Positions 25,271 to 35,616 of a stretch of 64,000 bases of DNA are shown here, piece after piece. The position numbers and the translations under genes were made by a program. Position 1 is the stretch's first letter. Every line of letters begins with the position of its first letter. Below the pieces are notes generated by a model, which saw only the letters and a list, made by a program, of their open reading frames with translations, was not told the DNA's origin and did not search any database. The stretch spans positions 122,665,164-122,729,163 of the forward strand of contig NC_068985.1 in the NCBI RefSeq assembly GCF_001194135.2, written 5' to 3'. The DNA is from Octopus bimaculoides. Taxonomy: Eukaryota.

Positions 25271-26879
25271 GAGCCCATAGTTTGTTATAAATAGCTTTAA
25301 CTTATATCCAATAATTTGTCTCGGTCCAGTTTCTCCTTGAGAACTGTTCCGTGTACCACACGACAGCAGCAGCAGCCAGCGACCACTTCAGCAGCTTCGT
25401 CCAGCCACGATGACTTCCGCCGTCGCCACATCAGCAACAAGAGTCTACTACTACTATCCAGCATCATCATCATGACCAACACGATTCTACGATTACTACN
25501 NNNNNNNNNNNNNNNNNNNNNNNNNNNNNNNNNNNNNNNNNNNNNNNNNNNNNNNNNNNNNNNNNNNNNNNNNNNNNNNNNNNNNNNNNNNNNNNNNNNN
25601 NNNNNNNNNNNNNNNNNNNNNNNNNNNNNNNNNNNNNNNNNNNNNNNNNNNNNNNNNNNNNNNNNNNNNNNNNNNNNNNNNNNNNNNNNNNNNNNNNNNN
25701 NNNNNNNNNNNNNNNNNNNNNNNNNNNNNNNNNNNNNNNNNNNNNNNNNNNNNNNNNNNNNNNNNNNNNNNNNNNNNNNNNNNNNNNNNTATTGACTCTC
25801 TTTCTCTCTGCTGTAAACACTCACACACATGTATCACTCACATACACACTTTTCTTTGTACGACGGCCTGTCTTCGATTATGTTATTATATGTCGCATTC
25901 ACACTCTCACACAGACATACATCTTTAACGCTACAATAAATATCTCTGTTATTTCATCTAATACGGTTGTGGTCTTTCATTACTGGTCATCTATGTTATC
26001 GTCGCATAACATATCATCTATATCATCTTTGATATATATATTTGTATGTTCGACCGTGTGACGCGTTTAAATAAAAGGAGTCCTCTGTTTTTCCATTCGT
26101 CACCATTTCTCCTTTTATGAGTTCGCACGGTCGTCCCTTACATTTCTGTCAACGGCGTGAGCCAATGAGATGGCCTCTACCAGTCATATCTCTCACTGTC
26201 TTGAAATGAAAGAAAAATTAAATGATGCATTGTCATTTGTGTCTGGGGAAGGTAGGTTCATAGCCGGAATGATTTTCACCATATATGTACTCAAGTAGGG
26301 ATCACCAGGGGTTAAACGACTGCAACAGATATAATACCAACAGCGACTATGAATGTTTCCCAACTAAGAATTCTCTGCATCATTAATTTTAAACCATTTC
26401 TCTGTCATTTGGTTCTCTAAGTTGATGTGGTTCGCCAATTAACCTCTTACACATATGCAAAGATATAGAGTTCAAAACATATCCTCCGATATAACAGTGT
26501 TTTAATAGCCATTTGAGGACACAGCTACCCACATATGTATGCACAAATCACATGCCATCACGCCCCACAAGCAAAAATAGATCCATGCAACCAAGAGAGA
26601 AACAGAAAAATAGAAAGAGTTAAAAATAATTCAGTCAGAAACAACCCCTTTCCCCTCAAGGGAGTTGGAAAAGTGACATCGCCAGAGCTGTATGAGGTTT
26701 CTCATTAACAATCAAAGGGCCGCTGAAAGTGACTGGGCCATTAAAAAAATTTTCAGACCGTCCCTAAATCTTTTCATTCGTAAAAAGAAGAAAATGGGAC
26801 AAATATAGGGCCACTTTTTCGTCTTATGGTCAACTGATTGATGAAGACGTGAACACGATATCCTTCCGAACGATGTATA

Positions 26880-28440
26880 GATTAGGTGAAGATTCTACTG
26901 AATATTGCTCTGTTTTCAGTGATCCTGATGCAGTTGACTTAAGTAGTATCGATGAAGTAAATCCTCGGCATATTTTCTCTGACATACCTCTCAGCACTGC
27001 AGACATCAATATGCCAATTAATAGGAATACTCTCAATTCTGTTGTAAGCTTTGAACCACGCTGGTGTTTTGGAGTGCGGGCTTCAGCTTTGCATCTCATT
27101 TTACTAATCTCTGAAAGGAATCGCTGGACTCTAAATGCTACTTCTGAACACTTTTCTGTCGCGGTATCATTCTAGTTTTTAAAAAGAGGAATAAATCGCC
27201 CACAGTAAATTAATCTGAGGTCTCATATCATTAAAGTATTCAAGAAGATAGTGAAACCCAACATAACTGCCTACCTAGAGAAAAGTCATCTCATGTTTCC
27301 GATCAATATGGGCTCTCGTGTTATAGCTTCTATTCTACTTTTAATGGTATCCTAACTGCTCAGGGACAGGGCTCTGATACACAGATCTCATTTACATTGT
27401 CTTCAGCAAAGTTTTCGACAGAGTTCCGAAGAATCATGCAGAGGAAACCATCCGACATTGGAAACGGTGGAAAGCTACTGCAGTGGGTTAAATGTCTCCT
27501 AACAAACAGGATCCATTGTGTTGTGACCGATGCAATCTATTCATGATCAGCAAACGTCATTAGTGGTGTCCACCAGGGTATAGCACTGAGTCCGCTTGTG
27601 CTTATTATTTACAAAAATAACATTGCAAATGTTATCAAGCAGTAAAATAAGAATCTTTGCTTTTTTGCAGATGACTAAGTTCCAGAGAGCCATCAAGGGA
27701 GTATATAGCGGAAGAGAACTTCAATCCAGTCTATATGCAGCGATATGATGGTCGAAAGAAAAACAAAACAAAACCTTGCTGCTGAATGAGGAACATTTCG
27801 AGTTTATCCACTCAACAATAATAAAATCGATATGACCCGCAGACTGTGCTTGTGAATCCTTAGAACTTTTCAGTCCAGAGATCCTGATTCGGCCATCCTT
27901 CTCTTCTTTGCGTTTGTTACATCTTACACTGAATACTGCTTTCCATTGTGGCCTACCTACACAAAACGATTCATTATGCGAATAGAAGCATCCTAGAGAT
28001 CAATCACACATATAAATAATTAAATAAATAAATAGATGACGAGACCAGCCTTGATTATTGGGCTTGCCTTAAAAAGCTCAAACTCTATATTCTTTCCAAC
28101 ACCGCCGTGAGCACTACATCGTTTCTTCGAGTTGGAAAAGATAATATTGTCCAAAAAATGCCAGAATCAAATCCAAATATCGCTTAAGGCTTGGTTCCTG
28201 TGACATACACTCCCTACAAAAATTGAGCTCACATCACACTGCAATTTTACCACAATATTTATGTCAAATGGTCTCACCTTATTAAACATTATCCTAAAAG
28301 AAATCACAAAAGAAAAAAGAAACCATAACATTCAAACGGTAAGTAGACAAATTTCTCCAAGAAATATCAAACGATTCATCAATACCCGGAAAACAACAAC
28401 TTCCTACTCGAGTGGGCGATGGTGTCCAGTTGGTGGTAGG
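26880..28440 (+). mobile_element. Decayed CR1/L2-type LINE reverse transcriptase and C-terminus
   Basis: Frames give SHIIKVFKKIVK...AYLE, DLIYIVFSKVFDRVP, GKLLQWVKCLLTNR, SGVHQGIALSPL, FADD and LKLYSFQHRREHY. Confidence 0.85.
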
Positions 28441-28603
28441 AATTTAGACATGCAATGAGTCAGTAATGGCCAAAACCTTAGTTATCGAAGTTTATATATA
28501 CATATTGAGAACAGAAATAAATTTATTTCTCAAACGCGTGATAATGCTATAAATAGCGTGATCAGGATAAATTTTCCATATAATGCAGAAAAATACGTTA
28601 CTG

Positions 28604-28674
28604 GCCAGCCATGAGACTCGAACTCACATCTCTGTGATTACGAGTCAAGTGTTTTAGCATTAAACTAAACTGTC
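28604..28674 (-). pseudogene. tRNA-Thr(CGT)-like cloverleaf with lesions, embedded in an inverted repeat
   Basis: GACAGTT/GGCTGGC acceptor stem (one mismatch), GTTT/AAAC D stem, CTCGTAA anticodon loop and GTGAG-TTCGAGT-CTCAT T arm. There is one extra base in the anticodon stem and the D-loop GG is changed to GC. Confidence 0.65.
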
Positions 28675-30031
28675 CAGCAACGAATTTTTCTGCAATTTTA
28701 GAACTTATAAATTTAGCTTCATAAGACGCTAACGTTAAATTCNNNNNNNNNNNNNNNNNNNNNNNNNNNNNNNNNNNNNNNNNNNNNNNNNNNNNNNNNN
28801 NNNNNNNNNNNNNNNNNNNNNNNNNNNNNNNNNNNNNNNNNNNNNNNNNNNNNNNNNNNNNNNNNNNNNNNNNNNNNNNNNNNNNNNNNNNNNNNNNNNN
28901 NNNNNNNNNNNNNNNNNNNNNNNNNNNNNNNNNNNNNNNNNNNNNNNNNNNNNNNNNNNNNNNNNNNNNNNNNNNNNNNNNNNNNNNNNNNNNNNNNNNN
29001 NNNNNNNNNNNNNNNNNNNNNNNNNNNNNNNNNNNNNNNNNNNNNNNNNNNNNNNNNNNNNNNNNNNNNNNNNNNNNNNNNNNNNNNNNNNNNNNNNNNN
29101 NNNNNNNNNNNNNNNNNNNNNNNNNNNNNNNNNNNNNNNNNNNNNNNNNNNNNNNNNNNNNNNNNNNNNNNNNNNNNNNNAAATACAAAAAAGGGGTTTG
29201 TATGATCGTGTATAGAGGAATATATTATTTTATTAAAAGAGTTCCAACTCTGTCTGTTTTTTATGTTTTATTTATATTCTTGTAAAATTAATGTGTGATA
29301 TAGAATATGGAATATATAATATATAATATAAAAATGGATAGTACAATGAAATGAAGTATTGAATGTCTTATTGAATATATGGAATATGTCTTCTTGAATA
29401 TATGAAATATTGAGTGTTCAATATAAAGGATTAAATATATAAACGCGAATACGTATTTTCAATACCTTGTAGTATTCCTCATGGCCGGTATCTGACATAT
29501 ACATATGTGGGAAAAAATAAGTTCAAAATAGAACAATTCAAACTTTTTGAGAGGTCCAGAAAGAGAGAAAGAATGATTTATAATAAAGATTCATCTTATT
29601 CACAAAAAAAAAACAGCCAGAGCAAGTAATAAGAATATGAAAATAGTAGTTGAAAAATTTCGTTATAGGTATAAATATACGATAAACAATTATAGAAAAA
29701 TAGAGGAGAAAAGATGTTGCATCAAAGTTAGATTTAATACAATATAGGATTCAATGCATACATGCAATCCAAAGGACATACAAATATGTAAGAAAAAATT
29801 ACAACCATAATAATTATAATTAAATTTATGCATTGTCATTCTCATCAGTGTGAAGAATTCTTGGAAGGACATCAAAAAAAGTTTAATAAAATAAAGTAAA
29901 TTAAAATAAGATACAATAAGGGAGAATGCAAAAGGGGTAATAGGGAAGAATCAGATATTTACAAGCAAGTTGTAAAAGGGAAAAAATATTATTATTACTG
30001 TTATATTTATGCCTATAACGATATTTTTAAC

Positions 30032-30074
<43 letters not shown>

Positions 30075-30102
30075 CTATATAAATATATATGTTATATATG
30101 TG

Positions 30103-30155
<53 letters not shown>

Positions 30156-30975
30156 ATTGTTGTATTTCGGGACGGTCATTTTTTCCCCAAATACACACAC
30201 TATATATTTTTTCTTCACTCGTTTATTACTCTTCTTATCTTATTATTTTAACTCAGTGTCGCTGAAGAAGTCATAGNNNNNNNNNNNNNNNNNNNNNNNN
30301 NNNNNNNNNNNNNNNNNNNNNNNNNNNNNNNNNNNNNNNNNNNNNNNNNNNNNNNNNNNNNNNNNNNNNNNNNNNNNNNNNNNNNNNNNNNNNNNNNNNN
30401 NNNNNNNNNNNNNNNNNNNNNNNNNNNNNNNNNNNNNNNNNNNNNNNNNNNNNNNNNNNNNNNNNNNNNNNNNNNNNNNNNNNNNNNNNNNNNNNNNNNN
30501 NNNNNNNNNNNNNNNNNNNNNNNNNNNNNNNNNNNNNNNNNNNNNNNNNNNNNNNNNNNNNNNNNNNNNNNNNNNNNNNNNNNNNNNNNNNNNNNNNNNN
30601 NNNNNNNNNNNNNNNNNNNNNNNNNNNNNNNNNNNNNNNNNNNNNNNNNNNNNNNNNNNNNNNNNNNNNNNNNNNNNNNNNNNNNNNNNNNNNNNNNNNN
30701 NNNNNNNNNNNNNNNNNNNNNNNNNNNNNNNNNNNNNNNNNNNNNNNNNNNNNNNNNNNNNNNNNNNNNNNNNNNNNNNNNNNNNNNNNNNNNNNNNNNN
30801 NNNNNNNNNNNNNNNNNNNNNNNNNNNNNNNNNNNNNNNNNNNNNNNNNNNNNNNNNNNNNNNNNNNNNNNNNNNNNNNNNNNNNNNNNNNNNNNNNNNN
30901 NNNNNNNNNNNNNNNNNNNNNNNNNNNNNNNNNNNNNNNNNNNNNNNNNNNNNNNNNNNNNNNNNNNNNNNNNNN

Positions 30976-31022
<47 letters not shown>

Positions 31023-31779
31023 AATATACATAAACGTATTATATATTTTGTATACACACACACACGTATTATAGTTTGTATACATATTTAATACATACGT
31101 ACACACACACCCACGCATACACTTATATGCAAACGTACAAAATATATAATATATAAAATACATTTTCTTCTAATCTTCCATCATGAGACAGCTAGTGCAA
31201 TATTGTTGAGATTAGGTGAATACCGCATAGTTTAGACGCATACCATAGCTATCTCTTCGTAGTAGCTAGAAAAATAGCGATAAATGATATAATTATGTAA
31301 GAAAATTGTGTGTGTTTCCTTTCTTTATCTGTTTGTCTGTACTTTACGTATTATATACAGGTATTATCTCTTTTATTGCATTTATTCCTCTTCTCTCGTT
31401 CTCTTTCCCTCTTCCCTTTCCTGTCTCTTAACTAGCGGAGTGCTGGAACTTCCATATCGAAATTTCGTATGGAAACTAAAAGTGCATCTTTCTTAAACAC
31501 GTTAGAATTTTAGCAAAACCTAAATTCCCTTCCGCTCTAACTGAACTATTCAAGAATAGAGTGTCGAGGAGGACAAAGAAAATTATTAGAGTAAATGCAA
31601 CAGAATGTAAAATATGAAATAGAAGTTTGCAGGGGTGGATATGTGGTTTTGAAGTTTGCTTTGTAGTCTTAGGTTCAGTCCCACTGCGCAGTACAATGGG
31701 CAAGTGTCTTCTTCTGTAGCCCCCAAGCCGACCGATGTCCTGTGAGTGGATTTGGTCGACAGAAACTAAAAGGCGATCG

Positions 31780-31829
<50 letters not shown>

Positions 31830-31859
31830 TATTTAAAAGCAGCAGAAAAATAACAAAAG

Positions 31860-31899
31860 ACTGTTACTTTGAGTTTCACGTTCCCGTTCATCGGACAGT
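31860..31899 (-). ncRNA. Minimal type I hammerhead motif (U4C variant)
   Basis: ACUGU-CCGAUGA-AC GGGAAC GU-GAA-ACU CAA AGU-A-ACAGU: 5-bp stem I and GUA triplet. Confidence 0.75.
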
Positions 31900-31961
31900 T
31901 TTGAGTACTCTTTTTTCCACCTTGTTGCACATTTCATGTGCTTACTCCGGTATATATATAT

Positions 31962-32434
31962 AGCAATTAAAAACTTCAGTCATAAGTATTTACTCCCAAT
32001 CGACTTTTATTTCCTTACAAGTGTCCAGTGTGGCCACCATCTGCAGCAGGGGCAACATCAATGCGATAAGAGAATTCCTCCCAGACACATATCAACATAT
32101 CACGATCCACTGAGTCGATCGCTGTTGTTATTCGATGTCTAAGGTCATCGAGGTTAGTGGGTGGGGGTGGAACATAAACGCGATCTTTTACATATCCTTA
32201 CAAGAAAAAATCGCACACGGTGAGGTCTGGGGATCTCGCAGGTTAAGCAGACATGCGTCTGGGAGGAGTTCTCTTATCGCATTGATGTTGCCCGTGCTGC
32301 AGGTGTTGGCCACATTGAACACTTGTAGGACAGGAAATAAAAGTTGATTGTGAGTAAATACTTGTGACTTAGCTGGAGTTTTCTGTTGCTTTTCCTTGCG
32401 TAATGAAATCGGTTCATTCTTTTGAATAACCCTG
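31962..32434. mobile_element. Foldback remnant of a Tc1/mariner element (rosa/DD41D-like C-terminus)
   Basis: The minus strand encodes ...DLT.CDFFL*GYVKDRVYVP...LRHRITTAI...VWEEFSYRID...GHL*. The arm 31962-32090 is inverted at 32253-32390, and the right end has TIR TTGAATAACCCTG followed by TA. Confidence 0.85.
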
Positions 32435-32551
32435 TATNNNNNNNNNNNNNNNNNNNNNNNNNNNNNNNNNNNNNNNNNNNNNNNNNNNNNNNNNNNNNNN
32501 NNNNNNNNNNNNNNNNNNNNNNNNNNNNNNNTATATATATATATATATATG

Positions 32552-32744
32552 GGAGAATATACAAATAATAACAACAGACGAGGACAGGTGGTGTAAATAA
32601 CAAAAGTATATATTAGTATGACGCTCGGGAATACGGAAAGTCTTTGACGTTTCGAGCTACGCTCTTCAACAGAAAGAATACGGAGACAAGGAGAAAAACA
32701 CGGAGAAAAAAAATTGAATAGTGTTCAGTCAACGGTCAATCATA

Positions 32745-32745
<1 letters not shown>
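32552..32745 (-). mobile_element. Penelope-like pLTR-type cassette containing a hammerhead motif (32641-32677)
   Basis: UCUUU-CUGUUGA-A-GAG CGUAG CUC-GAA-AC GU-C-AAAGA, with a loopless palindromic stem III. The cassette is flanked by (TA)n. Confidence 0.65.
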
Positions 32746-32792
<47 letters not shown>

Positions 32793-33164
32793 GTGTGTTT
32801 GTGTGTAAATATATACATACACATATATATACACACACACACACACATATATGTATATATATATATACACACACACACACATATACATATGTATATTTGT
32901 GTGTGTGTGCTAGTTTGTTTACGCTCCCGTAAACTAGCGGTTCGGCAATACAGATCGATATGATAAGTAATAAAAAATTCCGGGGTTAATTTGTATGCCG
33001 AAACCCTGCAAGGTGAATGTTCCTGCGTAGCCAGAGCCCAATGACTGAAACAAGTAACACAAATAAAAGATAAATTCAGAAATAAAAAAAAAAAGCAATC
33101 CCTTCTAAATCAGAAAGAAAGAAGAGAAAAAACGAGCAAATCTTTGGTGATATTTATAATTGCT

Positions 33165-33527
33165 TCCGCCGAGGTCGACTTTGCTCTTCATCCTTTCGAG
33201 GTCGACAAATTAAGTACCAGTTGTGTACTGGGGTTGATCTAATCGACTGGCCCCGCTCCCCTAAAATTTCGAGCCTTGTGCCTAGAGTAGAAAAGGTATT
33301 TATAATTGCTATTAGGGCGGCGAGCTGGGAGTATCATTAGCACGCCGGGCAAAATGCTTAGCGGCATTTCGTCCGTCTTTACGTTCTCGGTTCAAATACC
33401 GCCGGGGTCGACTTTGCCTTTCATCCCTTCGGGATTGATAAAATAAGTGCCAGTTGAGCACTGGGGTAGATTTAATCGACTTAGCCCCTACCCCGAAATT
33501 GTTGGCCTTGTGCCAACATTTGAAACC
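33165..33527 (+). mobile_element. Two SINE family B copies (33165-33296, 5'-truncated; 33316-33527)
   Basis: Family B core sequences. The target motif TATTTAT(A/G)ATTGCT appears at 33151, 33297 and 33530. Confidence 0.88.
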
Positions 33528-33827
33528 GATATTTATGATTGCTAATCATACGAAAAAATATTTTATCACACCGCAGAAAATTTTTCATTATATTGAAATT
33601 ATAAATAAGAATTACATTCCCCCCTCTCTTCGGTCTCTATTCTATGCATGTATTATTAAAGAAGATTATTTATCAGTAAAGTGGTCAAAATGGTGAAGAG
33701 CATTAAATGTGATATAAATTCTGTAAAAGTATGCGATAAGCTCCTGACGTGTCGAGTCGGCGATTCGGTTTCAATTTCTGGTTACAGCTTTTCAATTATT
33801 ATCTTAACATTATTAATGTCTGTTGAA

Positions 33828-34232
33828 GGTGGCGAGCTGGCAGAAACGTTAGCACGCCGGGCGAAATGCTTAGCGATACGTTCTGAGTTCAAATTCCGCC
33901 GAGGTCGACTTTGTCTTTCATCCTTTCAGGGTCGATAAATTAAGTACCAGTTACGCACTCGGGTCGATGTTATCGACTTAATCCCTTTGTTTGCCCTTGT
34001 TTGTCTCCTCTATGTTTAGCCTCCTCTATGTTTAAGAATCGTTAGCACGCCGGGTAAAATGATTAGCGGCATTTCGTTCGGCTGTACGCTCTGAATACAA
34101 ATTCCACCGAGGTCGACTTTGCCTTTCATCCTTTCGGGGTCGATAAAATAAATACCTGTTGAGCACTGGGGTCGATGTAATCGACTTATCTTCTCCCTCG
34201 TGATTTCTGGCCTTGTGCTAACATTTAAAACC
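33828..34232 (+). mobile_element. Dimeric SINE family B
   Basis: A full monomer, then TAAGAA|TCGTTAGCACG starting a second monomer that lacks its first ~18 nt. Confidence 0.85.
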
Positions 34233-35076
34233 ATCATTATTAAAGTTCTCAGGAAATCCCTGAATATCAACCATAACTATTTTTTTATTTTCCCTTTTCC
34301 TCTCAAATCCGTGTTTTGGAGCCATGTAAGAAGAAATCAATGTTATAGGATTAAATAACAAAAAAAAAATCCTCTTGGTTATTATCAGATTTAATTAAGG
34401 TTGCTGCAACTAGCGTAATGCATTTGCTAAGTGCAATGCGTATGGCTGATGATGATGCAGGATAAAATAAAAGAAACTGAAAAGCGAATATTGTCGTCTT
34501 CTAAACATTTGTTTTATTTATTGCAATCGGAATGAAATCATTTTTGTCAACAAAGCAATAACGGGAGAAAAGCGTAAGAGCGTCGACTCTATGGTTCACA
34601 GTATCTAGTTTCATACCTTTGAAAATGGTTTCGAGGTGCGACTCTCTCATTATATGTCTGTCCGTCTCTGTCTGTCGGTCTCTCATTATCTGTCTATTTG
34701 TCTGTCTGTCAGTGTCTCCCCCTGTTTCTTTCTCTCTCTTTCTCTCTCTTTCCCTTTCAGGGAGGCTGTTGATTCAATCGGCAACATCCCTTCCCAGCTA
34801 TACACATCTGTGGTCCCGGATCTTCGTAAGAAATTATATCTGTTTGTTATCAATGTTGCGTCGTTGAGAATTCAATATTTTAGATTCGCTTATGACACAT
34901 ATTTGGCCAAAATATTTGTTTCTCTTCTCTCTAGGCTATCTATTATCATATACATGAGTGTGCGTGCGTATGGAGAGGAGAAGAAAAATAATGTTTTTTT
35001 TTTGCCTACCGGAATATGTATGAAAAATGGTAAGCATTTCCGCCATCTAAGGTGTAACAATTTTTCCCACCAGGAA

Positions 35077-35616
35077 GGCGGTGAGCTGGCAGAAACGTTA
35101 GCATGCCGGGCGAAATGCTTAGCAGTATTTCGTCTGCCGGTACGTTCTGAGTTCAAATTCTGCCGAGGTCGACTTTGCCTTTCATCCTTTCGGGGTCGAT
35201 AAACAAAGTACCAGTTACGCACTGGGGNNNNNNNNNNNNNNNNNNNNNNNNNNNNNNNNNNNNNNNNNNNNNNNNNNNNNNNNNNNNNNNNNNNNNNNNN
35301 NNNNNNNNNNNNNNNNNNNNNNNNNNNNNNNNNNNNNNNNNNNNNNNNNNGTCGATGTAATCGACTTAATCCGTTTGTCTGTCCTTCTTTATCCCCTCTA
35401 TGTTTAGCCCCTTGTGGGCAATAAAGAAATAAGAAACGTTAGCACGCCGGGCGAAATGCTTAGAGGTATTTCGTCTGTCTTCAAATTTCGCCGAGGTTGA
35501 CTTTGCCTTTCATCCTTTCGAGGTCGATAAATTAAATACCAGTTGCATACTGGAGTCGATCTAATCGACTGGCCCCTCCTCCAAAATTTCGGGCCTTGTG
35601 CATAGAGTAGAAAAGA
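35077..35616 (+). mobile_element. Dimeric SINE family B flanked by a long direct repeat
   Basis: Junction AAAGAAATAAGAA|ACGTTAGCACG at about 35435. The flanks 34944-35076 and 35618-35727 are direct repeats. Confidence 0.9.

Larger units (their letters stand above)
31625..33065 (+). mobile_element. Old SINE family A split by about 1.1 kb of insertions into its central microsatellite
   Basis: Head and body at 31625-31790 (GGTTCAGTCCCACTGCG...GTGAGTGGATTTGG) and tail at about 32900-33065 (TTTACGCTCCCGTAAACTAGCGGTTCGGC...GACTGAAACAAGT). Confidence 0.7.

Noticed and set aside
25297-25830. ORFs on both strands over the CAG/CAT-rich segment
   Set aside because: The composition is repeat-driven, the ORFs span a gap, and there is no homology. 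A UTR or promoter-proximal role is more likely.
35228-35350. Apparent 123-bp insertion inside a SINE
   Set aside because: The flanks CACTGGGG|GTCGATGT read straight through the family consensus, so the gap is probably a zero-length scaffolding artefact.
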